Positions 24,860 through 33,596 of a stretch of 64,000 bases of DNA are shown here, in pieces. A program made the position numbers and the translations under genes. The first letter of the stretch is position 1. Each line of letters begins with the position of its first letter. The DNA is taken from the NCBI GenBank assembly GCA_949295325.1, contig CASFKG010000001.1:174779-238778 (forward strand), given 5' to 3'. This DNA is from an uncultured bacterium. Lineage in GTDB: Bacteria; Bacillota_I; Bacilli_A; RFN20; CAG-826. The notes beneath the pieces are model-generated. The model saw nothing but the letters and a program-made list of their open reading frames with translations. It was not told the origin of the DNA and made no database searches.

Positions 24860-25958
24860 GCGATTCGCCTGCCTTGTCGAGTATCCCCTCCAATGTAGGT
24901 CCGCTTAGGGCCAATAGTCCCTCGAGCTTGACGGCGAAATCCTCCTCCCCTTGGAAAAAGAAGCCGGACTCCCCGTCGGAAACGGTCTTCGCCAAGGCAT
25001 CGTCGTAACGGATCAAAAGCACGAGCCTCGAGGCCATCGCTTCCATGAAGGTTAGTCCCTGCGTCTCGGTAATCGAGGCGGAAAGGAATATGTCCGCGAG
25101 GGCATAGTACAGGGGAACGCGGTCGGGTTTAACCGGACCCGCGAAGGTAACCTCGTCCGAAATCCCGAGCTCGGCGGCCAGGGCCTTGAGGTCCTCGAGG
25201 GCGGGCCCTCCGCCGACGACGAGGAAATGGGTAGCGTTATCGGGGTTCCTTTTGACGTAGTTCGCATAGCCCCTGAGAAGCACGTCGATCGACTTCTCCT
25301 TGGCCACGCGCCCGAGGAAAATGAGGAGTTTCTTGTCCCTGGGCAGCTGCAGGGAATCGCGGATCTTCTCCACTTCCGCCCTATCGATGTTGTTTCTGTC
25401 GAAGGCGGAGAAATCGATCCCGGTCGGGACGACGGATATGTATTTGTCCACCCCGATGGAACGCATGTACTCCTTCGTCTTTTCGCTGGGGGTGACGAGT
25501 TCGTCGGCCCGGCGGGAAATGAAACGGAAATAGACCCGTACCGCGTTTTTGGCGAAGCGGTCGAAATGGCCCTTCGTGGCGTAGTAGGTATAGTCCTCGT
25601 AGGCCGTGTGGAAGGTCGTTACGGAAGGGACATGAAGGATATCGGAGACTATATAGCCGAACTGCCCGATGCCGGCATCGTGCTGGATATGGCAGATGTC
25701 CGGCCTGAATTTCCGGATGATCGCCATCGCCTTCTGGCTATAAAAACCCGCGGCCCGGTAGCCGTAGAGTTTCTTCATCTCGATTCCGGGAACCCGGATT
25801 ATCCCGTCGATGAAACTGAATTGGTTGGAAAAGGGGTTGGTCGTGACGGTTATGACTTCCTGTCCGTGGGCAAGAAGGGTGTCCATGAGATTGCGGCAGC
25901 TGGTAGCCACCCCGTTTATCTCCGGCGGGAAGGTATCGCTGAAAATGACGATCCTCAT
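24783..25958 (-). CDS. GT4-family glycosyltransferase, likely diacylglycerol glycolipid synthase
   Basis: MRIVIFSDTFPPEINGVATS N-terminus and a C-terminal E..7..E-type region, SITETQGLTFMEAMA. Resembles Acholeplasma-type glucosyl-DAG synthases. Confidence 0.8.
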   Translation of the reverse strand: MRIVIFSDTFPPEINGVATSCRNLMDTLLAHGQEVITVTTNPFSNQFSFIDGIIRVPGIEMKKLYGYRAAGFYSQKAMAIIRKFRPDICHIQHDAGIGQFGYIVSDILHVPSVTTFHTAYEDYTYYATKGHFDRFAKNAVRVYFRFISRRADELVTPSEKTKEYMRSIGVDKYISVVPTGIDFSAFDRNNIDRAEVEKIRDSLQLPRDKKLLIFLGRVAKEKSIDVLLRGYANYVKRNPDNATHFLVVGGGPALEDLKALAAELGISDEVTFAGPVKPDRVPLYYALADIFLSASITETQGLTFMEAMASRLVLLIRYDDALAKTVSDGESGFFFQGEEDFAVKLEGLLALSGPTLEGILDKAGESLEPYSLDRFASSIMEVYGRAIRKNW

Positions 25959-27268
25959 GGCAGTTTCCCGCTTTCCCCAAGGTCATCGTCGCCCAGCCTA
26001 TAATGGCCGTAGGCATCGCCCGTGTAGGTCATCGTGTCGCTGTTTTCCATGCTTTTTATGATGGATTTGCGGGAAAGCTGACGGGTTTGGTAGAGGGTCT
26101 CAACCGCTTTCTTGCGTTCCACGTACGTTTCGAGCTGCAGGTTGACGAAGGTCTGCCGGTTGGCGTAGCGGAAGGTGACGGGCACTTTCCCCCGGTAAAA
26201 CGCCACGACGAAACCGGAGATGACGAGGACCACGTGGTAGGTGGCGAAACGCCAGAGGATCTGGCAGGCCGATATGTTGGCTTCGCTGCCGCCATAGTAG
26301 TTGCGGAAGACGTTGGAGAAGAACAGCTCCGAGGCCCCGGCGGTGCCCGGGGTCGGGATGAGGCCGCTCACCATCTGGTGGAAAGCGCTGAGGAACGAGG
26401 CATCGAAAAAGGCCAGGGCGGGCGATTCGTTGGGCACGACATCCAAGGCGAGCCCGCAGAAATAGGGCAACGAATAACGGATGAAGAAGTTGATCATGAA
26501 GAGAAGGAAGACCAGCACCGTTACCGGTATGTTGGCCAGAAGGCGGCGGAGTTCGATCTTGAAGTTCTCCACCTGCATCCTGAGGCTTTCCCGGGTCTTG
26601 TCGGGGTTCTTCAGTATCTTCATCCTGCCCAAAACGCCGACGCAGGTGACGGTTATGAAATTATGGAAGTGGTGGCTGTTGCTCATAAGGAAGATGAGGC
26701 CGGTCACGCCGATATTGAGGACGAAGCCGAGCACGATGAGCGGTATCATCGTGAACTCCCAGCCGAAGAGGTTCATGGTGAGGCCGGCGATGGTCTGCCA
26801 CTCGACGCAGATGGCGACGACGTCGAATACGACCAGGGCAACTTGGTAGATGATTAGCCACATGACCATGATGGAGGCGGCGTTCGACGTCGAAATCCCC
26901 TGCTTCCTGAGGGTATAGACTTGCATGACCTGCTCGCCGCTCGCGGCCGGAGTCACGCAGTTATAGAAGGCACCGACCGCCATGACGGCACTGGCCCTTC
27001 CGTATCCGTATTGCCTGGTATAGAGCCGGCAGAAGATCAAAAGCACGAGGGAATCGATCGCATAGGAAACGGCAAGTAGGACGAATATAAGCAGAAGCCA
27101 CCAAGGGTCGGCGGAAGATATGGCGGAAAGTACCTCGTCAACCTGCCCGTCGAGGGCGGAGAAAAGCGAAATCGCGGTCAGTCCCAGAATCAGGACGATG
27201 TAAATGAGGAACTTGGCCCAACCAAGGTCCTTCTTTTCCTTTTTGGCTTCCTTGACGGGCGCTTCCAT
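25955..27268 (-). CDS. flippase-like / LPG-synthase-TM (UPF0104) family membrane protein
   Basis: Polytopic, with the typical AVGAFYNCVTPAASGEQVMQVYTLRKQGI block. 4-nt overlap with the GT4 gene. Confidence 0.8.
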   Translation of the reverse strand: MEAPVKEAKKEKKDLGWAKFLIYIVLILGLTAISLFSALDGQVDEVLSAISSADPWWLLLIFVLLAVSYAIDSLVLLIFCRLYTRQYGYGRASAVMAVGAFYNCVTPAASGEQVMQVYTLRKQGISTSNAASIMVMWLIIYQVALVVFDVVAICVEWQTIAGLTMNLFGWEFTMIPLIVLGFVLNIGVTGLIFLMSNSHHFHNFITVTCVGVLGRMKILKNPDKTRESLRMQVENFKIELRRLLANIPVTVLVFLLFMINFFIRYSLPYFCGLALDVVPNESPALAFFDASFLSAFHQMVSGLIPTPGTAGASELFFSNVFRNYYGGSEANISACQILWRFATYHVVLVISGFVVAFYRGKVPVTFRYANRQTFVNLQLETYVERKKAVETLYQTRQLSRKSIIKSMENSDTMTYTGDAYGHYRLGDDDLGESGKLP

Positions 27269-27298
27269 GAGGACAAGTTTATACCACCATCTATCTTC

Positions 27299-28123
27299 CT
27301 AAGATAGGGTCACGAACGGCAGTTCGCCGGTTTGGCAGAATCTCACCGGCAAATAATAGGAGGTCCCGATTCCCGCGGTTACTATGTGCGCGAAGGACCC
27401 CCGGGTATATAGGCCGTGGAAATATCCGGAATGGCTGAACAGGGCATAGTCCCCTATCTGCCCCTGTCCCCCGTGGGTATGGCCGCTCAAGGCCAGGTCG
27501 AAGCCGGCTTGGGACAGCTGCAGGGTGAATTCCGGTTGGTGGCAAAGGACTATGTTGAAGTCCTCCTTGTCGAAAGTACCTTCGAGCTTATCGAGTTCGC
27601 CTTGGACTTTCGAGTATCCGTCGCTTCCCAAAAGGATGGACGGATCGAGGATGCCGCTCAGGGTATATCCTTCCTGGAGCGTTACGGTTTTGCTCTCGAC
27701 GTTAACCGCCCCGAATCCTTCTAGGAAGCCGTTTAGTTCGGCAACCCGCCCGGCGGGGAGTTCCCCTTCGTGGTTTCCCAGGACGTAATAAATGCCGGCG
27801 CCGATCTCCTCCGCGGCTTCCAGCATCGGAACCATGTAGTCGAAAGAAGACGTGTGGGAATCGATCAAATCGCCGGTCAGAAACAGATAATCCGGGCAAT
27901 ACCGGCGGAGATATCCGGAAGCCGACGAGCCGTCGCCGAACTCGTCGGAATGGTTGTGGATGTCCCCGGCCAGCATGAAGGTTATACCCGGGCGGCCGCT
28001 TTCTATTTCGTACTCGGGGACGGTCAAAACGTCGCGGTAACTAGCGGCGGCAAAGACGATAGCGATGCCAACCGAAAAGAAGGATAGGAACGTGGCGAGA
28101 AGGCTCTTTCTAACCGCGAACAT
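27299..28123 (-). CDS. membrane-anchored metallophosphoesterase (YkuE-like)
   Basis: N-terminal TM helix, then GDIHN, LTGDLID, GNHE and GHTHGGQ calcineurin-like motifs. Confidence 0.85.
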   Translation of the reverse strand: MFAVRKSLLATFLSFFSVGIAIVFAAASYRDVLTVPEYEIESGRPGITFMLAGDIHNHSDEFGDGSSASGYLRRYCPDYLFLTGDLIDSHTSSFDYMVPMLEAAEEIGAGIYYVLGNHEGELPAGRVAELNGFLEGFGAVNVESKTVTLQEGYTLSGILDPSILLGSDGYSKVQGELDKLEGTFDKEDFNIVLCHQPEFTLQLSQAGFDLALSGHTHGGQGQIGDYALFSHSGYFHGLYTRGSFAHIVTAGIGTSYYLPVRFCQTGELPFVTLS

Positions 28124-28156
28124 GCCGTTAATTTTAATCTAGGATGCCGTAATTGG

Positions 28157-28179
28157 CAAAAAAGAGCCCCTGCGGGCTC
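28157..28179 (-). terminator. intrinsic terminator after the lipoprotein gene
   Basis: On the minus strand, GAGCCC-GCAG-GGGCTC followed by TTTTTTG. Confidence 0.65.
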
Positions 28180-28195
28180 ATTTTTGCGGTGAGAC

Positions 28196-29059
28196 TCATT
28201 CGACGACGACGTAGGACACTTCGCCGCTTTGGAGTATTTCCTTCCGGTAGAGGATGCTTTCCCTGCTGCCGTTTGCGACTATGTCGGCCCTGATATAGGT
28301 CGTGCCGTCCCTTTCGAAGAGCGAGAACTCCATCGTCAGGTTGCTCAGATTGGCTTTGTCGCGGACCTTGAGTTCCACTTCCCTATCCTCTACTTCCAGG
28401 GAATAGTCATAGGTTTTGCGGCCGTTTTCGTAAATCGTGTATTCGAATTCGGTCTCGCCCTGCTCCTTTTCCTGCTGGACGCTTATGTAGGTGTTTTCGG
28501 ACAGCATGTAGGTGAATCCGACTTCCAGTTCGTCGCCGTCGACCTCCTTCTCTCCCCGCAAAGGGAAGCTGTTTTCGCCGATCTTGACGATGCCCTCTAT
28601 ATAGGATTCTTCCTCCTGCTCCCACGGTTCGTCATCGTCGTCGTGGTCGACCTTGACGGTTTCGTTGAAGTACATGGTGAAACTCGAGGAAAGTAGGGCC
28701 GAGTCGGAATAAGTCACGACCATCTTGGTCTCGTATTCGGGAAGGTCGCTTGGGAAGGTTTCGATGCCGGTAAGGATGTCGCTCCCGAACAAGGCGGCCT
28801 CAACGCTCGGCAGATAGGAAGCGATTTCCTGTCCAAGATCGGTCTGGGCGTTGGCCTTCAGGGCATTGAGGGTCGGGGAAACATCGCCCACCTGGCTAAG
28901 CAGGCCGATCGAGGTCGCGGCCTCGAAGGCATAGATGCTGTGCGGGTTCTCGGTTCCACCTAGTCCGGAAACGGTACTTCCTCCGGCATTGAGGTTGCAG
29001 GAGGCAAGTAGTCCTCCGGCGGCGGCGATGGGGAGAAGCAATAGGGCTGTCTTTTTCAT
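28196..29059 (-). CDS. acidic lipoprotein, paralogous to the ectodomain of the anti-sigma candidate at 33597-34634
   Basis: MKKTALLLLPIAAAGGLLASC lipobox. Shared blocks with 33597-34634 are given in the findings. Confidence 0.75.
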   Translation of the reverse strand: MKKTALLLLPIAAAGGLLASCNLNAGGSTVSGLGGTENPHSIYAFEAATSIGLLSQVGDVSPTLNALKANAQTDLGQEIASYLPSVEAALFGSDILTGIETFPSDLPEYETKMVVTYSDSALLSSSFTMYFNETVKVDHDDDDEPWEQEEESYIEGIVKIGENSFPLRGEKEVDGDELEVGFTYMLSENTYISVQQEKEQGETEFEYTIYENGRKTYDYSLEVEDREVELKVRDKANLSNLTMEFSLFERDGTTYIRADIVANGSRESILYRKEILQSGEVSYVVVE

Positions 29060-29139
29060 TTTGGTTTTTTCCTTTCACCCCAATAACTAAGGAAAAGGCG
29101 TTTTTTGTTGGAAAAAACCTCTTTCTTTACAATCGTACG

Positions 29140-29164
29140 AAAAAAAGGACCCTATAGGGTCCTT
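29140..29164 (-). terminator. intrinsic terminator after the second trkA gene
   Basis: On the minus strand, AGGACCC-TATA-GGGTCCT followed by TTTTTTT. Confidence 0.75.
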
Positions 29165-29179
29165 GACACAAGAAGGTAT

Positions 29180-29851
29180 CTATACGTTGGTGCTGCCGAA
29201 GAGCTCGTTCAGCTTCTCGTGGGCCTTGGAATCGCTGAAGAGCATTATTTTGTCGCCCGGGAAAATCGTCGTGCTTCCGTGCGGAATCAGCATCGTCTCT
29301 CCCCTGTAAATCGCGATCATCAGGCACGAAGAGGGGAGCTTGATGTCCTTGATGGGTTTGCCTACGGTCGAACTGTCTTCCTGCACGGTCAGCTGGATGA
29401 TGGAATACCCGCCCCGGCTTAGCTGCATGAGGGTCATGAGGGATTTCATGGACATTTCCTCGACCACCATGTGGGAGATGATGTCGGCCTGGTTCACCGA
29501 GGCATCGACCCCCATGCCGAGGTTGAATAGCCAGGAGTTCCTGGGGTTGTTGACGCGGGCAATGACCCGCGGGGCCTGGAACTCGAATTTGGCTATGGTC
29601 GAGGCCACGAGGTTGACTTCGTCGTAGCCGGTGACGCAGGTGACGACGTCGGCCTTCTCCACACCCGCCGATTCGAGGATGGTGGGAGAGGTGCCGTTTC
29701 CGAGCACGACGTGTTCTTCCCCGTACTTTTCCCTTAGCTTCCTGACGCGGGCGCGGTCCTCTTCCACGATGGTGAAGCCGCATTTGTTGCGCTCGAGCAG
29801 ATCGGCCATGTAGGTACCGACCTGTCCGCCGCCGATGATTACTACCTTCAT
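29180..29851 (-). CDS. TrkA/KtrA-type RCK protein (TrkA_N plus TrkA_C)
   Basis: MKVVIIGGGQVGTYMADLL Rossmann GxGxxG and a C-terminal RCK_C-like half. 223 aa. Confidence 0.9.
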   Translation of the reverse strand: MKVVIIGGGQVGTYMADLLERNKCGFTIVEEDRARVRKLREKYGEEHVVLGNGTSPTILESAGVEKADVVTCVTGYDEVNLVASTIAKFEFQAPRVIARVNNPRNSWLFNLGMGVDASVNQADIISHMVVEEMSMKSLMTLMQLSRGGYSIIQLTVQEDSSTVGKPIKDIKLPSSCLMIAIYRGETMLIPHGSTTIFPGDKIMLFSDSKAHEKLNELFGSTNV

Positions 29852-29863
29852 CCTTACGCCCTC

Positions 29864-30514
29864 CTATATTCCGAGCAAGGCCTTGAGCTTGGCCTTCTTG
29901 GACACGTCCACGGCGAAGTAGAGGATGTCCCCGGTCCGCACCACCTCTTCCGGCCTTGGAAGGAAGGAATCCTTACCCCTGACTATCGAAATGAGGGCGC
30001 ATTCGCCGATGGAAGTAAGCTCACTGGCGCTAACCCCTTCGACGGTGCTTGTCGCGTGGATCCTCACGAATTCCGTTTCGCCTTTGGCCCCGAGAAGGCA
30101 AACCGAGTCCATTTTCTCGTAGCTAAGCAGTTCGATGGCCCTATCGACGCCGTACCCGGTCGTGGAAACGGTCTTGATGCCGAGGCTTTCGTATATCTTG
30201 GCTTTCCTGGGGTCGTAGAGACGGGCCACCACCAAAGGAACCATGTATATGTCCTTCGCGATCTTCCCCACGAGGACGTTTACCTCGTCGCTGTCGGTCG
30301 TGGCGATGACCGCGTCCTGGAACTCGATCCCGGCTTCGGCCATCACTTCCTTGTCGAATCCGATACCGACTATCGTGTTCCCGTTGAACTCGCTGCCGAG
30401 AAGCGCAAAGCTATCGGGATCCTTATCGATGACGGTTACATCGTTGCCCTTGCGGTAAAGCTCGAGGGCGATTGCCGACCCCAGCCTTCCGCAGCCAATC
30501 ACGGTTACTTTCAT
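29864..30514 (-). CDS. TrkA/KtrA-type RCK protein (TrkA_N plus TrkA_C)
   Basis: MKVTVIGCGRLGSAIALELYRKGNDVTVIDKD. 216 aa. ATGA overlap with the ATPase stop. Confidence 0.9.
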   Translation of the reverse strand: MKVTVIGCGRLGSAIALELYRKGNDVTVIDKDPDSFALLGSEFNGNTIVGIGFDKEVMAEAGIEFQDAVIATTDSDEVNVLVGKIAKDIYMVPLVVARLYDPRKAKIYESLGIKTVSTTGYGVDRAIELLSYEKMDSVCLLGAKGETEFVRIHATSTVEGVSASELTSIGECALISIVRGKDSFLPRPEEVVRTGDILYFAVDVSKKAKLKALLGI

Positions 30515-33462
30515 AGCGTCTCCACCTCTTTTTTCATTTTATTATCTTTAGTCTCCCTACCGCGGAGTATTTTCTTCCGCAGTTCGTCAGCCAACAAGGT
30601 AACGAGGGGGAAGGCGGCCAAGACCGGCCATATTTCCCAAATTACCGGGAAGGCGGCCTGGAAGACCTCGCTATTTATCCAAGGCACCGCGGCGACTCCG
30701 AGGACCAGTGCCACCTCCAATGCCTGCCCGACGAGGAGCAGACGGTTGCCGAAGGCCCCTTTCCGGAATACCGATTCCCTCGAGGTACGGCAGTTGAAGC
30801 CCATCCCGATCTGGCAAAAGACGATGGCGATCAGGACTACCGCGGTTGATTGCATCCAGAGTTGGGTAGAGAGGTCGCTCATGTCGCCGGTATTGGCGAA
30901 CAAGGTGAACGGCATGCCGAGTTCCATGCTGGCGAACAAGTTGAAGAGGAAATAGGCCCCCATGGCCAAAACGGAGGTAAAAATCCCGTATATCCCCGCC
31001 CTTCCCAGCAGTTTCCTATCGATTATGTGTTCGTTCCTGCTTCTTGGCTTCTTTCCCATGACGGAGGAATCCGGCAATTCGGAACCGAGGCCCAAAGCAG
31101 GGACCAAATCGGTCCCGAGGTCGATGAAGAGCACCTCCATTATGCTAAGAGGCTGGGGAACGATGTTGAGGGTAAGGGTCGGCAGCAGGAACGGAATGGC
31201 TTCCGGGATATTGGAATTGAAGATGTAGGTAATGAACTTCTTGATGTTGTCATAGACCGTCCGGCCCTCCCTTATCGCCTTCACGATGGAGGCGAAGTTG
31301 TCGTCGGTCAATATCATGTCCGCGGCGTCCTTGGCCACGTCGGTGCCCGTTATGCCCATGGCGACTCCGATGTCGGCCTTCTTCAAAGCCGGCGCGTCGT
31401 TCACCCCGTCCCCGGTGACCGCGACTATCTCCCCTAGTTCCTGGAGATTGCTGACAACCCGGTACTTCTGCTCCGGGGCCATCCTCGCGAATATGACTTC
31501 GCCCTTCAGCTTCTCCTTTAGGGCATCGTCGTCCATATTGGATAGTTCCGCGCCGGTAATGATGCTGACGTCCTTGCCGCTACCGACGATGCCGATTTTC
31601 CTGGCGATTGCCAAGGCGGTGAGGCCGTAATCGCCCGTTACCATGATGACCTTGATGCCGGCCCGATGGCATTCCCGGATGGCTTCCTTGATGCCGTCGC
31701 GCGGGGGGTCCTGCATGGCTTCAAGGCCAACGAAGACCATGTCCTTCTCGATGATTTCCGGCGTGTAGTCGGACAAAGCGATTGGTATGGACTTGTCGTC
31801 TTTCCTGAGCAGGCGGTAGGCCATGGCCAAAACCCTAAGGCCGTCCCGCGCATAGGCATCGTTCTGGTTCATCGCCGCCTTGACGTCCTTTTCGGTCATC
31901 GGGCGGATCCTGTCGCCGTCGAAGATGTAGGAGCATTTCTCCAACACTTCTTTAGGGGCGCCCTTGGTGAAGGAAACCCGCTGGGCCCCGTCCACGGTCC
32001 TATCGAGTTGGTGGATGGTGGACATCATCTTCCTGACGGAATCGAAATTGAGTTCCCGGATCCTCGGCATGAGGTTCAATTGGTTGCCGGGGCTCACGAG
32101 CCCCTTTATCGCTGCCACGCCGAGGCACGCCTCGGTCGGGTCGCCCAACACCGTGTAGTGCTTGTTTTCCCCGTCTGGGTCGGGCGGGATTAGCCTCGCG
32201 TCGGAACAAAGGCCGCCGATTGTCAATAGTTTCTTCAGGGCGGGGTTGTTCTGGCCGGTATGGACTTTGTTGCTCTCGTCGATGATGCGGCCTTCCGGCG
32301 CATAGCCGTTGCCGGTCACCTTCAGGACCCCGGTCGAAAGATAAAGGCTCTTGACCGTCATCTCGTTTTTGGTCAAGGTGCCCGTCTTGTCGCTGCAGAT
32401 CACGGTCGCGGATCCCAGGGTCTCCACCGAGGTAAGCGATTTGATGAGGGCCCCGTCCTTGGCGATGCGCTGGACCGCTTTCGCAAGCGACAAAGTCACG
32501 GTCGGCGAGAGTCCTTCCGGAATGAAGGCGACGATCATGCCGAGGGCAAAAACGAACTGGGTAAGATAAAGGCTCGGCTTGTCGAAACCCTCGCCTTTTA
32601 GGCCGTTTACGATTACGCCCAATACGAACACCAAGGCGCCGACCGAAAGGGCGATCACGGATATGGTCTTGGTAACCCTGGTGATTTCCTTTTGGAGGGG
32701 CGAAACCTTGGGTTTGATGTTCTGCGTAAGCGAGGCGATTTTCCCGAATTCCGTTTCCATGCCGATGGAAATGACCGCGCATCTGGCCGAGCCCGTCGAG
32801 ACGCTCGTGCCGGCGAAAACGAGGTTCTTCGCGCCCACTATCGAATCGGGGTCCTCCTTAAGGGGTTCGTGGGTCTTTCTTGCGGGGGTGGTTTCGCCGT
32901 CCAAGGCGCTTTGGGTGCAGGTCAGGTCGTCGCACATGAGGATGCGGGCATCGGCCGAAATCCTATCGCCTTCGGAAAGTATCATGATGTCCCCGGGCAC
33001 GAGGTCGGAGGCACTTATCCTTGTTTCTTCCCCGTTGCGGATGACGCGGGCGTACTGGGGCAGCATTTTGGCCAACGCATCGGTCATCTTCCCGGCCTTG
33101 AACTGCTGCATGAAGGAAAAGACGCCGTTTACGATGTTGACCAGCCAGATGGCGATCGAGAGATAGAACATCTGCGGATCGTTGAAAGGCCCCCAAGCCT
33201 GCGCCGTTTTCTCGCTTATGAACGAGGAAAGCAAAGCCAAAATCCCGGCCACCCAAAGCATGATGGCCATCGGGGAAACGAGGTTTTCGATGAAGATCTT
33301 CCAAAGAGGGGTCTTCTTCTGTTTGGTAATCTCGTTGCTGCCGTATTTTTGCTTGCGCTCGGCAACTTCTTCGCCGCTAAGGCCCTGAGCCCGGGTCTTA
33401 AGCTCGCCGTAGACGTTCCTAGGGTAGGCATGGATCAGCCTAGCTACATCTTCTTCTTTCAT
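30511..33462 (-). CDS. type II cation-translocating P-type ATPase (ion specificity unknown)
   Basis: 983 aa. TGES-like SEGDRISAD, TM4 IPEGLSPTVTLSLA, phosphorylation site CSDKTGTLTKNEM, MVTGD, and VTGDGVNDAPALKKADIGVAMG. Confidence 0.95.
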   Translation of the reverse strand: MKEEDVARLIHAYPRNVYGELKTRAQGLSGEEVAERKQKYGSNEITKQKKTPLWKIFIENLVSPMAIMLWVAGILALLSSFISEKTAQAWGPFNDPQMFYLSIAIWLVNIVNGVFSFMQQFKAGKMTDALAKMLPQYARVIRNGEETRISASDLVPGDIMILSEGDRISADARILMCDDLTCTQSALDGETTPARKTHEPLKEDPDSIVGAKNLVFAGTSVSTGSARCAVISIGMETEFGKIASLTQNIKPKVSPLQKEITRVTKTISVIALSVGALVFVLGVIVNGLKGEGFDKPSLYLTQFVFALGMIVAFIPEGLSPTVTLSLAKAVQRIAKDGALIKSLTSVETLGSATVICSDKTGTLTKNEMTVKSLYLSTGVLKVTGNGYAPEGRIIDESNKVHTGQNNPALKKLLTIGGLCSDARLIPPDPDGENKHYTVLGDPTEACLGVAAIKGLVSPGNQLNLMPRIRELNFDSVRKMMSTIHQLDRTVDGAQRVSFTKGAPKEVLEKCSYIFDGDRIRPMTEKDVKAAMNQNDAYARDGLRVLAMAYRLLRKDDKSIPIALSDYTPEIIEKDMVFVGLEAMQDPPRDGIKEAIRECHRAGIKVIMVTGDYGLTALAIARKIGIVGSGKDVSIITGAELSNMDDDALKEKLKGEVIFARMAPEQKYRVVSNLQELGEIVAVTGDGVNDAPALKKADIGVAMGITGTDVAKDAADMILTDDNFASIVKAIREGRTVYDNIKKFITYIFNSNIPEAIPFLLPTLTLNIVPQPLSIMEVLFIDLGTDLVPALGLGSELPDSSVMGKKPRSRNEHIIDRKLLGRAGIYGIFTSVLAMGAYFLFNLFASMELGMPFTLFANTGDMSDLSTQLWMQSTAVVLIAIVFCQIGMGFNCRTSRESVFRKGAFGNRLLLVGQALEVALVLGVAAVPWINSEVFQAAFPVIWEIWPVLAAFPLVTLLADELRKKILRGRETKDNKMKKEVETL

Positions 33463-33555
33463 AACTCCAAAAACGGTGATGAGGAGGCCGGGTTCCCGGC
33501 ACGGGCGGTATTCTATTCAATGGAGGGCCCATTTTCCATAGGCTCCCCGCTTATG

Positions 33556-33582
33556 GGAAAAAGACCTCCCATAAGGAGATCT
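33556..33582 (-). terminator. hairpin plus T-run between the anti-sigma gene and the ATPase (terminator or attenuator)
   Basis: On the minus strand, GATCTCC-TTATG-GGAGGTC (one mismatch) followed by TTTTTCCC. No clear promoter lies between it and the ATPase ATG. Confidence 0.45.
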
Positions 33583-33596
33583 TTCTTTACAAAGGC

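Noticed and set aside
29127-29783. 218-aa out-of-frame minus-strand ORF within trkA. Similar Arg-rich alternative frames occur inside feoB, the P-type ATPase, sufB and ecfA1.
   Set aside because: They overlap genes with unambiguous motifs in another frame, and their translations are dominated by R/G/P/H.
33463-33596. Possible c-di-AMP (ydaO-type) riboswitch in the leader of the ATPase-trkA operon, suggested by the patches GCGGGGAGCC and GGGAACCCGGCCTCCTC.
   Set aside because: After the upstream hairpin only about 98 nt remain, which is too short for the pseudo-symmetric ydaO fold plus a promoter. The conserved ACGGGG / CCCGA / CUAACCUCGUAAGC blocks are not really present. It should still be tested with cmsearch, but I do not call it.
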